Assembly (NCBI GenBank): GCA_963837175.1
Contig: CAWIMJ010000046.1
Location: 32,001 to 96,000 of the forward strand
DNA length: 64,000 nucleotides
Source: an uncultured Nitrososphaeraceae archaeon
GTDB lineage: Archaea; Thermoproteota; Nitrososphaeria; Nitrososphaerales; Nitrososphaeraceae
Direction: 5' to 3'
The position numbers and the translations under genes are program-made. The notes beneath the pieces are model-generated. The model worked only from the letters and a program-made list of their open reading frames with translations, was not told the DNA's origin and did not search any database. Numbering within the stretch: the first letter of the stretch is position 1; every line of letters starts with the position of its first letter. Positions 21,251 through 32,679 of this stretch are shown here, piece by piece.

Positions 21251-22378
21251 CTGGCTCACAACCATTCTTATGAAAAATCAGCTGAAGAGATAACTTTCTC
21301 GGGCTACTCACAAAACTATTGTGTATGCTTTGTAAATATAATGGATTCTATAAAAATTACTAGTGAAATTACTAATGCTAATAAAATTAGCAAGTATTAT
21401 TCAATATTTCTTAATACACTGTCTGCAATAGCCAAAAACTTCAATGCAAAAACAATCAAGATTACAAGCGACGGGTTAATATTTTACTTCCCAGAAACAC
21501 ATGATTCTAGCAATAAATCTGCTTTCAAAGATGTAATAGAATGTTGTCTTACCATGATAGCAGCAAATATAATTATCAACAAGGAGTTATATAAAGAGAA
21601 ACTGCCGTCCGTTAGTTACAGGATAAGTGCGGATTATGGTAGAGTAGAGCTTGCGAAGTCTGCAACTTCACAAAATGATGATTTATTTGGTCCTACCATG
21701 AACGTTTGTGCAAAGATAAACTGTAAGGCAAAGACAAACGGTATAGTAATTGGTTGCAGTCTATACCGCATGATAAAATCGTTTTCGTTCTCTGTTGAGG
21801 ATTACCAATTCGAAGAAATTGGTGAATATTCAGTCGGCTTTGAACAACATTATACGTTATATTCTGTTATAAATAGTAATAGAACCAACAAGAATGTATC
21901 AAATCAAAAAAAACGGATTTCCAAGATGAAATATCCTCAATTACACTCGTCACAGATGAAGAGAGAATCATTATTATCCATTGAACCTGAAAATCAACAG
22001 TATAAGTATTCAGCAAATATCATGCTTGTAGATGACGAGGAAGACTTGCTAATTACTTACAGGTCCTTCCTAGAGGATGAAGACTACAAGGTTGAATCGT
22101 TTACAGATTCTGAGACAGCACTAAATCACTTTGCAGAGACGAATGTATATGATTACAATTTAGTAATTTTGGATATAAGAATGCCTGGTATAAATGGACT
22201 CCAACTCTATTGTAAATTAAAAGCAATGAATATATCCATTAAGGTGTTGTTTGTATCCGCGCTTGATGCAATTGATGAGATCTTGAGTGTATTACCTGAC
22301 GTAGATCCCAAAGATATTATTAGAAAGCCAGTCCAAAGGGAACACTTTGTTAGTGCTATCAAAAGGGCACTCGGCTAG
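21251..22378 (+). CDS. Class III nucleotide cyclase-like domain fused to a C-terminal response regulator receiver
   Basis: The frame is open upstream of ATG 21341 (EITFSGYSQNYCVCFVNIMDS) to CTG 21251. Cyclase motifs YRISADYG and DLFGPTMNVCAKIN; REC motifs LVDDE, LDIRMPGING, SA and KP. Confidence 0.85.
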   Translation: MAHNHSYEKSAEEITFSGYSQNYCVCFVNIMDSIKITSEITNANKISKYYSIFLNTLSAIAKNFNAKTIKITSDGLIFYFPETHDSSNKSAFKDVIECCLTMIAANIIINKELYKEKLPSVSYRISADYGRVELAKSATSQNDDLFGPTMNVCAKINCKAKTNGIVIGCSLYRMIKSFSFSVEDYQFEEIGEYSVGFEQHYTLYSVINSNRTNKNVSNQKKRISKMKYPQLHSSQMKRESLLSIEPENQQYKYSANIMLVDDEEDLLITYRSFLEDEDYKVESFTDSETALNHFAETNVYDYNLVILDIRMPGINGLQLYCKLKAMNISIKVLFVSALDAIDEILSVLPDVDPKDIIRKPVQREHFVSAIKRALG

Positions 22379-22692
22379 TTTACTTTACAACATATATGTC
22401 TTAGCGAGAGAAACCTAATACAAGAGAACAACAAGAGCATCTTGTATAATCTTTCGCAATTACATAATCTAGTTTGATAGAATACATTTATTCTATAAGA
22501 TATATCTGACCTGTTATAGTAAAAATAGATAAAATGTCATAAATGTATCCAATAATTTATTAAAGTAATTATATTATTATTGATAGCAGATAATATTGAT
22601 AGGGTTATGACGTTATCATTATTATGTTGCATTAATATTTAATCTCGATCTCAATAGACTATCAATAGCCAATGATTGGCAACTAACTATTA

Positions 22693-22830
22693 TCAAAGCT
22701 CATTCATACCGAACTTATGATAGCACCTATTGCATTTAAATTTCTCTTTTCCTGGATTGCCAGAGACGACCTCAAGGTCACTTTTGGTTTTACATATTGG
22801 GCATCTTCCATATATCGTTTTCTTGGGCAA
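22693..22830 (-). CDS. 45-aa zinc-ribbon microprotein (not in ORF track)
   Basis: TTG start; MPKKTIYGRCPICKTKSDLEVVSGNPGKEKFKCNRCYHKFGMNEL with CPIC and CNRC knuckles. Confidence 0.7.
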   Translation of the reverse strand: MPKKTIYGRCPICKTKSDLEVVSGNPGKEKFKCNRCYHKFGMNEL

Positions 22831-23051
22831 TGGTGATTGTGTGTGGTTGGGTATTAAAAAAGATTAAGATACATTAATAATTATCGATAACTGGGAAACT
22901 TTATCATTCTTTTTCTTTGCTTTTTGTATTGTTACATATTTCTTAATAATTGATAGTTTTATATACTTTTGAAATTCCTTAGTTTATCAATAAATATACT
23001 TCATTCACACTAGAGCACAGTCTATTAATAACTATAACATAATCTTTCAGT

Positions 23052-23792
23052 GTGAAGTTTATAGATTGGTTTCCATATTATCAGGATATCAGACAGCAAT
23101 TTGGATATAGTACAGAAAAAGATCAAGAAGCAGCATATTATCTGTCACGAATTATTAAAAGAAAAGCGCTTGCTCCAAAAATATTACATAAAAAAATTGC
23201 AGGAAAACAAATATTGGTAATAGGTGCAGGCCCCAGTTTAGAACAAAATATTATATTTATAAAAAAGAATCGCAAGTTTGTCAAGATAGTCTCAGACGGC
23301 GCTGTTCAAGCCTTGATTGAAAATAATATCAAACCGGATATTGTTGTTACAGATTTGGACGGGAATCAATCATTTTTACAAAAAGCAGAAAAGATAGGTG
23401 CATTAATGGTAGTGCATGCTCATGGAGATAATATTCAGATATTGCAAAAGCTTGTTCCGCGGTTCAGACATGTTATTGGCTCGACTCAAGTAATGCCAGT
23501 CAAGAATGTCTATAATTTTGGCGGATTCACTGATGGTGACCGCTCTGTATTTTTGGCAGAAGAATTTGGTGCCAAAGAAATTATCCTTATAGGAATGGAC
23601 TTTGGCATTCATATAGGCAAATATTCAAAAGAAATGGTAGAAAATATTGATTTGAAAAAAAGGAAAATGAAAGCTGGTAAACGCCTGCTTGAAATACTTG
23701 CTAAACAATCTCGTTCACGGTTATTTGATACATCTAAAAGACCAATTCGAGGGTTTACTGCTTTTTATGCATATAATGGTATTAAGAATTAG
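23052..23792 (+). CDS. mptE: 6-hydroxymethyl-7,8-dihydropterin pyrophosphokinase MptE (DUF115)
   Basis: GAGPSL, VVTDLDG, VHAHGDN, GSTQ, NFGGFTDGDR and GMDFG. Confidence 0.92.
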   Translation: MKFIDWFPYYQDIRQQFGYSTEKDQEAAYYLSRIIKRKALAPKILHKKIAGKQILVIGAGPSLEQNIIFIKKNRKFVKIVSDGAVQALIENNIKPDIVVTDLDGNQSFLQKAEKIGALMVVHAHGDNIQILQKLVPRFRHVIGSTQVMPVKNVYNFGGFTDGDRSVFLAEEFGAKEIILIGMDFGIHIGKYSKEMVENIDLKKRKMKAGKRLLEILAKQSRSRLFDTSKRPIRGFTAFYAYNGIKN

Positions 23793-23793
23793 A

Positions 23794-23961
23794 ATGTTTG
23801 GTCAAAGACAAGCAATCGGTATTCTAGGCATAATTTTTGCAATCTCAGGTGGTATTGCTTGGTTCTTCCAGCAGACAATCTTTGCAGTAATGCTTTGGGG
23901 TGTGGCTGGGATTATATTACTAAAACTTAATAGAAAATCAAGAATCAGATCAAAGATATAG
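23794..23961 (+). CDS. Small 2-TM membrane protein
   Basis: MFGQRQAIGILGIIF... starts immediately after the mptE stop; two hydrophobic helices and a basic tail. Confidence 0.6.
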   Translation: MFGQRQAIGILGIIFAISGGIAWFFQQTIFAVMLWGVAGIILLKLNRKSRIRSKI

Positions 23962-24048
23962 AGAAATTATGCATAATACTCAATGTAAATTTTATTATTA
24001 TGAATCAGCAATCTGAAATACTATTATACCATTTATGTCAATGATGCC

Positions 24049-24744
24049 TTGAAAATGTCGACCTTTTCAGAAGACGATGTCAGACGCGCAGCCGAGATAC
24101 GCGAATGGCTCGTCAAACAGATTTCTGACAGACAGGAAGAAATTGAAAGATTACGTACTACGCTATTCCTTATTGATAGTCTGTTAAAACACGGCAGCTT
24201 TAGGGCCGCTTCTAATATTACATCCCCGGTTGCTCTATCACCCCCAGTATCAACGGAGGTACCAGTCAACTCTGCAAAAATATCCAATCTCATCAAACAA
24301 CAGAGGATAGCAACCACTGCTACGTCTATGGAAGAAACAATTGGAAGTGAACCTAAACCTGAACAACAGACCACGGATGAAGTTAAAGAGATTAGACTCT
24401 TAAAACGAGTTAAAGATAACTTATTGCTTGCAAATGCAGAATTATTTCCAAACTCACTTGAAATCATACCAGCTGAAGGAATAATACTTAATGTTAATAC
24501 TCCTCCTTTCAAGTCGTTCTTTTTAAATAGAATTTTGGAAGGGATGAAAACGAAAGATGCAGAAAAAGTCACTCAGAAGCAGATTAAAGATATAGAATCA
24601 CTGAATTATCAGATAGAAGAAGATAAAAATGGTTCTATAAGGAAAATCACAATAATTAACTATAGAGACAAAGAGCGGCTGAATGAGATATTTAATACTT
24701 CTACATGGGTATTTACAAGGATGATAGAAAAGAGTGGAAAATAA
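24049..24744 (+). CDS. Hypothetical protein with N-terminal coiled coil, overlapping the guaA start
   Basis: 231-aa ORF with protein-like composition; overlaps guaA by 11 bp. Confidence 0.75.
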   Translation: MKMSTFSEDDVRRAAEIREWLVKQISDRQEEIERLRTTLFLIDSLLKHGSFRAASNITSPVALSPPVSTEVPVNSAKISNLIKQQRIATTATSMEETIGSEPKPEQQTTDEVKEIRLLKRVKDNLLLANAELFPNSLEIIPAEGIILNVNTPPFKSFFLNRILEGMKTKDAEKVTQKQIKDIESLNYQIEEDKNGSIRKITIINYRDKERLNEIFNTSTWVFTRMIEKSGK

Positions 24745-26285
24745 TAAGAATATTGACAAGATAATAGTTCTAGATTTTGGCTCCCAATATAGTCATCTCA
24801 TCTGTAGACGTATACGTGAAGCAAACATATACTGTGAATTATTACCGTTTGATACCCGAGCCGAAGTAATTAAAGCTCTCAATCCAAAAGGAATAATTTT
24901 CTCTGGTGGGCCCGCGAGTATTTATTCAAGAGATTCGCCAAAACCTGATAAGGACATTTTCGAAATGAATATTCCCATATTAGGAATTTGCTATGGTCAG
25001 CAAGTATTAATAGATAAGTTTGAAGGTACTGTAAAAAAATCAAATATCAGAGAGTACGGCCGTGCTGAACTGGTCATTGATGACAAGTCTGATCTTTTCA
25101 ACAATATCGAGAAAAACATAAAATGTTGGATGAGTCATGGAGATGCAGCTGATAAGATTCCAAAAGGATTCAAAGTTATTGCTCATACAGAGAATTCATT
25201 TTCGGCTTCTATTGCAAATCAGGAAAAGAAATTTTATGGAATACAATTTCATCCCGAAGTAGTACACACAGAAAAAGGAATAGATATTTTGAAAAACTTT
25301 TCTCAAAAGATCAGTATGGCAAAAGCTGACTGGAATATAGAAAAATTTATAGACATAACCATAAAGGATATTCGAAAGCAGGTTAAAGATGAAAAAGTGC
25401 TGTGCGCAGTAAGTGGCGGAATTGATTCTACTACTGTGGCTGCCCTCCTACACAGAGCCATAGGTGACAGTTTACAATGCGTCTTTGTAAACCATGGATT
25501 ATTAAGACAAGATGAAGAAAATTTAGTTATCAGGTTATTCAAAGAGCATCTTGGTATCCAAGTAATATATGTTGACGCAGAGAATCAGTTTCTGCAAAAA
25601 TTGGAAGGGATTGAAGATCCTGAAAAGAAACGAAAGATCATAGGTGAAGAATTTGCAAATGTATTTAAGGATGTGGCCAAAATGAACGGACCATTCCAAT
25701 GGTTAGCACAAGGAACACTATATCCTGATGTTATTGAAAGTGGAGTTTCGAGAGGACCAGCAGCAGTAATCAAAACTCATCATAACGTTGGTGGTCTTCC
25801 GAAATGGCTTAATCTTAAAGTAATAGAACCATTGAGCAGTTTATATAAAGACGAAGTTAGGAAAGTCGCAAAATTACTTGGTATTCCAGATGCTCTATTA
25901 AAGAGGCACCCATTCCCGGGGCCAGGATTGGCAGTTAGAATAATTGGAGAAGTGACGAGTGAAAAAATACGTATAGCTAAACACGCAAGCGAAATAGTTG
26001 AATATGAATTGAAGGCTTCAGGTTTTTATGAAAAAGTATGGCAGGCATATGCCGCGGTAGGAGATGACCGGGCAGTAGGAGGTACTGGGTGACGAACGAG
26101 TTTATGGTCATATTGTGATAATCAGAGTAGTAGAATCTATAGACTCAATGACTGCGGATTGGACTAGATTGCCCTATGAATTAATTGAAAGGATTAGCAA
26201 CAGAATTACAAATGAGGTAGAAGATGTGACATTGGTTACATATGCCGTTTCAAGCAAGCCTCCCGCAACAATTGAACCACAATAA
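24734..26285 (+). CDS. guaA: GMP synthase, fused GATase+synthase (one +1 frameshift at about 26081)
   Basis: [33 protein letters not shown] and PFPGPGL; the other frame continues VLGDERVY...[10 protein letters not shown] to 26285. Confidence 0.93.
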
Positions 26286-26662
26286 AAACCATTCCAATTT
26301 AAAAAATCAAACATTTGATTTTCATTTGTCCGTTTTGTTTTTTTTATTGAAATTGATCAAGATAAAATTTTAATAATAATTCCGAACTACTCATAGAATG
26401 AGTGAAATAGAACGTGATTGATTGCTTTTATCTGATTATAAAAATGATAGTTAACTGTTAAAAAAATGAAGTATTATCATGACCTAATTTTATTCACTTA
26501 TTCAAGAGATTATTATCGTGACCTTATCTGATGTACCCAAAAATGAGTTTGTAGGAAATATGCTTATACAATAAATAAAATAAAAAGGATGTTTTTATAT
26601 TTTATAAAAGAAGGGCGAAATGCCTTATAGAATATGTTTCCGGAGTAGTTGTAGTAGTGGCA

Positions 26663-27154
26663 TCATCCTCCGCCACCACCAGCATCTCCACCTCCGTCAC
26701 CAGCATCGGTTTCTGCTGCTTTACCACCAGTATCAGCTAATGACAAATCAACATATTCTGCTCTTTTAGCAGGTGAATTTAGACCTGTTTTACAGATCAA
26801 ATTATCTTTACTCAGATCTTTCAGTAACAAAGCACATGCCTTATATTCATCACCTACATTTACATTTACAGTTGGAAAAGTGGCAACAAACTCTAGAATA
26901 CCTCCACCTTGAGTGGCATTTACAGCAATATTTGCTGTATCGAACAACTTTACCTTTGATTCACCATTTACACTAACTATGGCAACAACATCGCCAGTTG
27001 TAGGCTGTATACCAAATACAGACAAAATGACTTTAAATATATCAGTTCCCTTTCCTGTCTCTGCTTGGACTGGGCTTAGAATGCCTGAAGTTGACACTGC
27101 CATTACCATTAGCACTGTTAAGACAAGAAAGATTATTCTCCTTCTTATTTGCAA
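26663..27154 (-). CDS. Secreted protein with Cys pair and Gly-rich C-terminal tail
   Basis: Signal peptide ending VQA; YKAC...LICKTG; ends DGGGDAGGGGG. Confidence 0.7.
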   Translation of the reverse strand: MQIRRRIIFLVLTVLMVMAVSTSGILSPVQAETGKGTDIFKVILSVFGIQPTTGDVVAIVSVNGESKVKLFDTANIAVNATQGGGILEFVATFPTVNVNVGDEYKACALLLKDLSKDNLICKTGLNSPAKRAEYVDLSLADTGGKAAETDAGDGGGDAGGGGG

Positions 27155-27577
27155 ACTATTACAAAGATGTGCAGTAGACTATTTAACGGTTAAAAGTTAT
27201 TTAACAGCAATCTCAGGCAATTAGAAATCTATAATTTAGTTAAGGATAATATTGAGTTTCTTATTATATTCCAGTAATGAGCAGTAAATTCTTTATTTTT
27301 ATACTGCATCAGTTTACTTACGGTTTTAGTTTGTCATTATATTATATATCTATTAATTATCTTCATACAATCATAACAATTTACAATTGGCATTTCGCGT
27401 ATTATAGAATAACGTATAATCAATAGAATAAGATATTGAGATTATATAAGGTACGGATAACATATATGAAAGCGTATTATTTTTAGAATTCAGAATTTAA
27501 GCATTTTTAAAGTAGAGAAAATGTATTTTTATCTGTTTGACTATAAATATAATGTAGTGATATTTAGAAATAGTAGC

Positions 27578-27976
27578 ATGAAAAGCAGACAGAGTGATTA
27601 CGTGTCACCTGTTACAAAATTTGCAAACGAACCCTGGTTTACGGATATGCAAAAATTATCAAATGACGAATTAATGCGTATGTATAATGCTATGATAACC
27701 GGTCGATACGAATTTGCAAAACATGCTTGGTATATTCCATTAGCTGGAGACTTAAGATGCCCAATCATGGTTGCGAAAGGTTACAACGCACCAGATACTC
27801 CTGAAAAGATGGTTGGGTTCCAAGAGACAACCAAGATACTAGAACAAGAATATCAAAGGTTTATAGACGCATGGGATTTTGATTATATATCAAAACGCGA
27901 TATTCAAAATGCTATTATGACTATTCTTGAATTAAGAAGTATAAAAATTCTGGAGTTGTGTACCAAAACTCATTAA
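27578..27976 (+). CDS. Hypothetical protein
   Basis: ORF 27521-27976 with protein-like composition; likely start MKSRQ at 27578. Confidence 0.55.
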   Translation: MKSRQSDYVSPVTKFANEPWFTDMQKLSNDELMRMYNAMITGRYEFAKHAWYIPLAGDLRCPIMVAKGYNAPDTPEKMVGFQETTKILEQEYQRFIDAWDFDYISKRDIQNAIMTILELRSIKILELCTKTH

Positions 27977-28802
27977 TACCAAATTAGTTTATATAATTAA
28001 TATTTTCTCTATCTTCCTATTTGAGATAATCATAACTTTTAATAGTTACAAATAGTCTATATCAACAGAAAAATAAATGTTATTTGGTATTATCATTGAT
28101 TATTGTTACATTTTGATTAGAACGCAAGAAGAGTTATTAATTCAGTTCTGTCAAATATCAAATACTAATAATTTATATTTTATAATAGATTGACAATGAA
28201 TTGTGGTAATTTCAAATTCCTGACTATTGAACACTATTTAGACAGCCAGACAAAACAGGGCTATAAACTCATTAATGCTTTCTTTTTGTTGTGAAGTTTT
28301 TTTATTATCTGTATTTATTTAATAGATGATATTATTAACTTCAATATTGCCCAATTTGCCTTAATAAATAGGCGACCATTATTATTCGTTTCAAGTACAC
28401 AGACTACAATGATATTAACATCATGGTAAAACTTGTAGGCATATTAATGAATGTAAAAATTGTAAAGCACTTGAAATCCGGTTGCATGCTGATAAGTGTT
28501 CAGCATGAAACCGAATCTAATAAATAAAATGGTATCTTGTGAATAAACTATTTGATTTTGATTAGAAGGAATATTTAAAAGAAAAAACATTCCCTGATCA
28601 ATACCGCTAGATTTTAAATAGCCAAATCTTTCCTTGTATTAGTCTATTTATATATTCAAAATCATGGTATGTATGTTTCCTTAAATTACTTTCAGCGTGC
28701 CGCATTATAAATTTCGATTCCTTTTATGATAACTTCTGGTAGAAGACTATCTGCAATAAAGAGAAAATTATCTATGACAGTATAGAAGATATTATTAATC
28801 TG

Positions 28803-29126
28803 TTACCAAGATGTTACTTTTTTTGGAGTGCAAACTTGTCTTTCTAGATCATCCAGTCGCGGTATCGTTTCTGTATTAGCCCGCAGTTGTGAGAAAGATT
28901 TGTCATATCTAATTTTTTGCATTACTGCAAAAACCTCATCAGTAGTTACGCCATGTTTTATATCGTATTCAATTTGTTTAGCACAATTTGAAAGGGTACT
29001 ATATTTCTTGAAATTACGTTTTTCAAATGATGAGGCATCAGGAGATATACCTGTTATGTAACGGATTATGACTTTTTCGACATGCTCAAGGTGCCAGTCT
29101 TTCATCGCAAAATTATTAGTCTTCAT
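28803..29126 (-). CDS. Hypothetical protein
   Basis: 107-aa ORF with a TATA-like element upstream (revcomp TTATATA near 29160). Confidence 0.7.
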   Translation of the reverse strand: MKTNNFAMKDWHLEHVEKVIIRYITGISPDASSFEKRNFKKYSTLSNCAKQIEYDIKHGVTTDEVFAVMQKIRYDKSFSQLRANTETIPRLDDLERQVCTPKKVTSW

Positions 29127-29319
29127 AATGCTTCCAGTCTACATTTACCAAAAGCGCATATATAATACTTTGAACAATAAATTTAACTTCTTAATTTAGT
29201 AGACCTTTTTATCAAGAACCATATCTAGACTGATCCAATTCAATAAAGAGATCAAATAAGGATACAATTTGTAAACATAGTTTATCCAACATAGATAATA
29301 TGGTTCTCCCACCATTACG

Positions 29320-29896
29320 AACTTAGCGTGTCCTTGCTGATCCAGATAGTCGATCTATCGTTTTGATTGTTAGTTATAGTCATGTTTCAGTATGGAAATG
29401 GATTCAACATTATAGACCAAAGAAAATATTGCAAAGGAAAAGAAGAAAAGAACAGGAATTTATTGTAGATAAAACTTTACTTAAAGTTGGCAATCAATAT
29501 GTTTGGGTTTGTGTTGCTATTGAGCATTTTGACAAAGTAATTCTTGGTATCCGTATTTCTTTTGAACGAACAATGCTTGTTGTTGAAGGATTTCTTAAGG
29601 ATTTAGTTAGAAAATTATTGAAAACATCCACTTTCAACAGATACGGTGATAGAATGGCATCATCCACAAGCTTATAAATTTTAATATATAGAGCATATCA
29701 TTTTTATTCATTATATGGGAGAAAAATTTCATTGAAAGGGGAACAATCCAATACATTAAGGATATAACAGAAAGCTTTGATGACTACTTTCCTTGTAGTA
29801 GTGGAAAAGAAAAATGTATGTAGAATACATCAGAAATTGGTTCAATCTATTTGTTGACCATCATATAAGGAAGTGATGATTTAAGTAAACAAAGCC
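29320..29896 (+). mobile_element. IS6-family (DDE) transposase remnant
   Basis: SHVSVWKWIQ, FIVDKTLLKVG..YVWVCVAIE and ISFERTMLV, with further frameshifted homology (ESFDDYFPC); right end AAGTAAACAAAGCC at 29883-29896. Confidence 0.85.
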
Positions 29897-29953
29897 GAAT
29901 ATCATATACATATATATAAATTAGATGAATTTTCTTTTTTTCTTTATCACGGA

Positions 29954-30157
29954 ATGATCATAAAAAATACGGATCCATATAAAATGAAAAAATGCATATC
30001 TTGCAAAAGAGATATAAATCTGAATGAAAAGTTTTTTTCTTATCCATTATCCTTACAACAGATTTGTTTTTCTTGTGCCAAGAATGAAATCCCAAAAACT
30101 ATTGATATTTTAAACAGAGATTTAAAAAAAATAGAAGAAGAAACTAAAGTTCAATAA
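29954..30157 (+). CDS. Small Zn-finger protein
   Basis: CISC...CFSC followed by an amphipathic helix. Confidence 0.7.
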   Translation: MIIKNTDPYKMKKCISCKRDINLNEKFFSYPLSLQQICFSCAKNEIPKTIDILNRDLKKIEEETKVQ

Positions 30158-30191
30158 TGAATATGAGAGAGGACTTCATAGGTATACGTAG

Positions 30192-31142
30192 TTGTTACGG
30201 CCTTTGTCTTCTTTATGCCTCAATCAGGCCATCATCAATCTAGAGATTAGCATAAACAGTGGACAGATGTTTCTATGGAACAGAATTGACAATGCATGGT
30301 ACGGGATATATGGAGAACATATCCTGAAATTTTCGACCTATGCCGCAGATCATCTTCAACAAAATAAAAATATAAATAACAACGATAGATTCATAGAATT
30401 TTACTCATTTCCCGCTATGAAAGGATGGGAACAACATGTTTTTAGATTAGATGATGATATTAAATATATTTTATCTAGTTTTTCGAAGGATACTCTCCTA
30501 TCTGAGGCAATAAGAAGATACCCAGGTCTGCGTCTGATGCGCCAGGACCCTTATCAGTGTATGTTTTCCTTTGTATGTGCTAGCAATACTAATATTCTAA
30601 TGATTCGGAGAATGCTCAACAGCCTTTCAAGAAAATTTGGTAGGAAAATAGTAGTTGACGGAAAGGAATTTTTTACATTTCCTACTGCCACCGATCTAAA
30701 CAGAGCAACAATTACAGAATTATGTTCATGTGGGCTTGGATATCGATCAAAAGCAGTCAAATTGCTCGCAGAGAGTATTTCTATAGGAAACCTTGATGTT
30801 AAATATCTGATACAAGCTAGCTATGATGATGCAAAAACCGAATTATTGAAAATATATGGCATAGGTAATAAAATTGCCGATTGTATACTACTATTCTCTC
30901 TAGAGAAGCTTGAGGCTTTTCCTATAGATGTCTGGATTACACGAGCACTTTCCCAGCATTATAGTTGGCTTCTAAGTTACAACAAAAAAGAAAAGGGAAA
31001 TAGCAGTAAGAATAAAAAAATAAATTATGATCAGTATATAACATTTTCAGAAACTATTAGAAAATATTTTGGGAAATATTCTGGCTACGCTCAGCAGTAT
31101 CTTTTTTATTATATGCGACAAAATGCGGGCAAGAAATGGTAA
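30192..31142 (+). CDS. ogg1: 8-oxoguanine DNA glycosylase (OGG1-like HhH-GPD)
   Basis: SGQMFLW, GLRLMRQDP, GLGYR, HhH GIGNKIADC, AFPIDVW and GYAQQYLF. Confidence 0.88.
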   Translation: MLRPLSSLCLNQAIINLEISINSGQMFLWNRIDNAWYGIYGEHILKFSTYAADHLQQNKNINNNDRFIEFYSFPAMKGWEQHVFRLDDDIKYILSSFSKDTLLSEAIRRYPGLRLMRQDPYQCMFSFVCASNTNILMIRRMLNSLSRKFGRKIVVDGKEFFTFPTATDLNRATITELCSCGLGYRSKAVKLLAESISIGNLDVKYLIQASYDDAKTELLKIYGIGNKIADCILLFSLEKLEAFPIDVWITRALSQHYSWLLSYNKKEKGNSSKNKKINYDQYITFSETIRKYFGKYSGYAQQYLFYYMRQNAGKKW

Positions 31143-31391
31143 TATGCTGAAAACATAATGCAACATTCTTATCTAAGATTCTTAAAATTATGTCTTATAA
31201 TGAAAGTATTGGCTTTACTTTCTTTAAAGTGCATTCTATGTTCTGCTGCTTTATTCAAAGGTAGAATAATTCAAAGATAACTCAGATAAAAGCAGTAAAG
31301 CAACTTGATTGACTATAAAAGAAAAATTAACTCCGAGCCAGTATAGTCATACGACTCTATGCTGCACGCGATAGGAAGGTAATTATAATCA

Positions 31392-31793
31392 TCAAGCTGG
31401 TGCAAAGCCATGATAGTATGGTATCTGCGTATATTCTTCTTTTGAAATTATCTCTGTTAATGAAATTAAATGTCCATCAGGATCTTTTATAATAGCATGT
31501 TTTCCAAATGGTTCCTCAGTTAACTTTTTGTAAAACTTTACTTCTTTCTTTTCTAGTTCACTACAGACCGATTCTAGATTATTAACGTTGAAGCCTACTA
31601 ACATGCTATTATTTTTTGTTATCTTCCTTTTTTTCGTAGGATGTAAAGCAAGTACTGTTGATCCATGTTTTACAAATTCTATCCAATCTTCAGATTCTTT
31701 CTTTAATTCCATTCCTAGGGTATCTCTATAGAACATTAGAGATTTTTTCACATCTGAAACTAGAAGTATAACTGCACCTATTCTACTGAACAT
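31392..31793 (-). CDS. VOC/glyoxalase family protein
   Basis: VSDVKKSLMFYRDTLG and EPFGKHAIIKDPDGH. Confidence 0.88.
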   Translation of the reverse strand: MFSRIGAVILLVSDVKKSLMFYRDTLGMELKKESEDWIEFVKHGSTVLALHPTKKRKITKNNSMLVGFNVNNLESVCSELEKKEVKFYKKLTEEPFGKHAIIKDPDGHLISLTEIISKEEYTQIPYYHGFAPA

Positions 31794-32157
31794 AACAATA
31801 TCTCCAAAATTAAATCATCATTATTTGTTGGAATTCATAAACCTTTCGGAGAATGATAGACTTTCCCATCAAATCAATATTCAGCATATAAAAAAGAACA
31901 ATTCATATCTCAATTCTATACAAAAGTATTTTTTAATGTTGAATTATTATTTTCTTAATATCTATTAGCAACAATACTTTTAAATACAAATTAATTGTAT
32001 AAGATTGATAATATATATACTTCCTATACTCTAACAAAGATCATAATTCCTATAAACTAAATTTATGATTGAAGTCAGAATCTTATAGATGTTTGTTGTA
32101 ATTGATTGCAAGGAACTAATCATAAGATGTATATATCAATCATCGATAAAGCCGGAA

Positions 32158-32679
32158 CTAAAAAATTCTACCTTTTTGTACTGTCTTTAATCTTTCTAAC
32201 AAATCTATTATTTGTTCATGTGTAGGATTAATAGCTCTAATAACGTCTAAATCTACCTTAAATCTTTCCAATTGAGAGTAAATTTCTTTGTCTTCTACCA
32301 TATCAATTAATGTATTCACATTAAAGGGTTTTTGCATTAGCTCTACAACTTGTTTTAACTTTCTTATAGAATCTGTGAGAGTTTCTTTAGCATATGCAGA
32401 GGCAAATATTATTCGCTGATGTGGATTCATCGCAAGAATTTCTTCTGCTACTTGCATACCATTAATCTTAGGCATTTTATGGTCAAGGATAACAACATCA
32501 AATGGTAAGGGTTGTCCTATAGCATCTATTGCAGTTCTTACAGAGTGGCATTTTTCATGATAAGCCTCAAGACAATTTTCGCCATTTTCAGTTGTTGTAA
32601 CTTGGTGATTTCTTCTTTCTAATGCCATTCTGTATAAGAGAGCAATGTCCTTTTCATCTTCTGCTATCAATATATTCAT
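32158..32679 (-). CDS. Response regulator receiver protein
   Basis: ILIAEDE, ILDHKMPKING, FASA and QKPF. Confidence 0.9.
   Translation of the reverse strand: MNILIAEDEKDIALLYRMALERRNHQVTTTENGENCLEAYHEKCHSVRTAIDAIGQPLPFDVVILDHKMPKINGMQVAEEILAMNPHQRIIFASAYAKETLTDSIRKLKQVVELMQKPFNVNTLIDMVEDKEIYSQLERFKVDLDVIRAINPTHEQIIDLLERLKTVQKGRIF

Noticed and set aside
31328-31356. Hairpin CAGTATAG...CTATGCTG between convergent genes
   Set aside because: Too short to assign; it could be a terminator-like element or chance.
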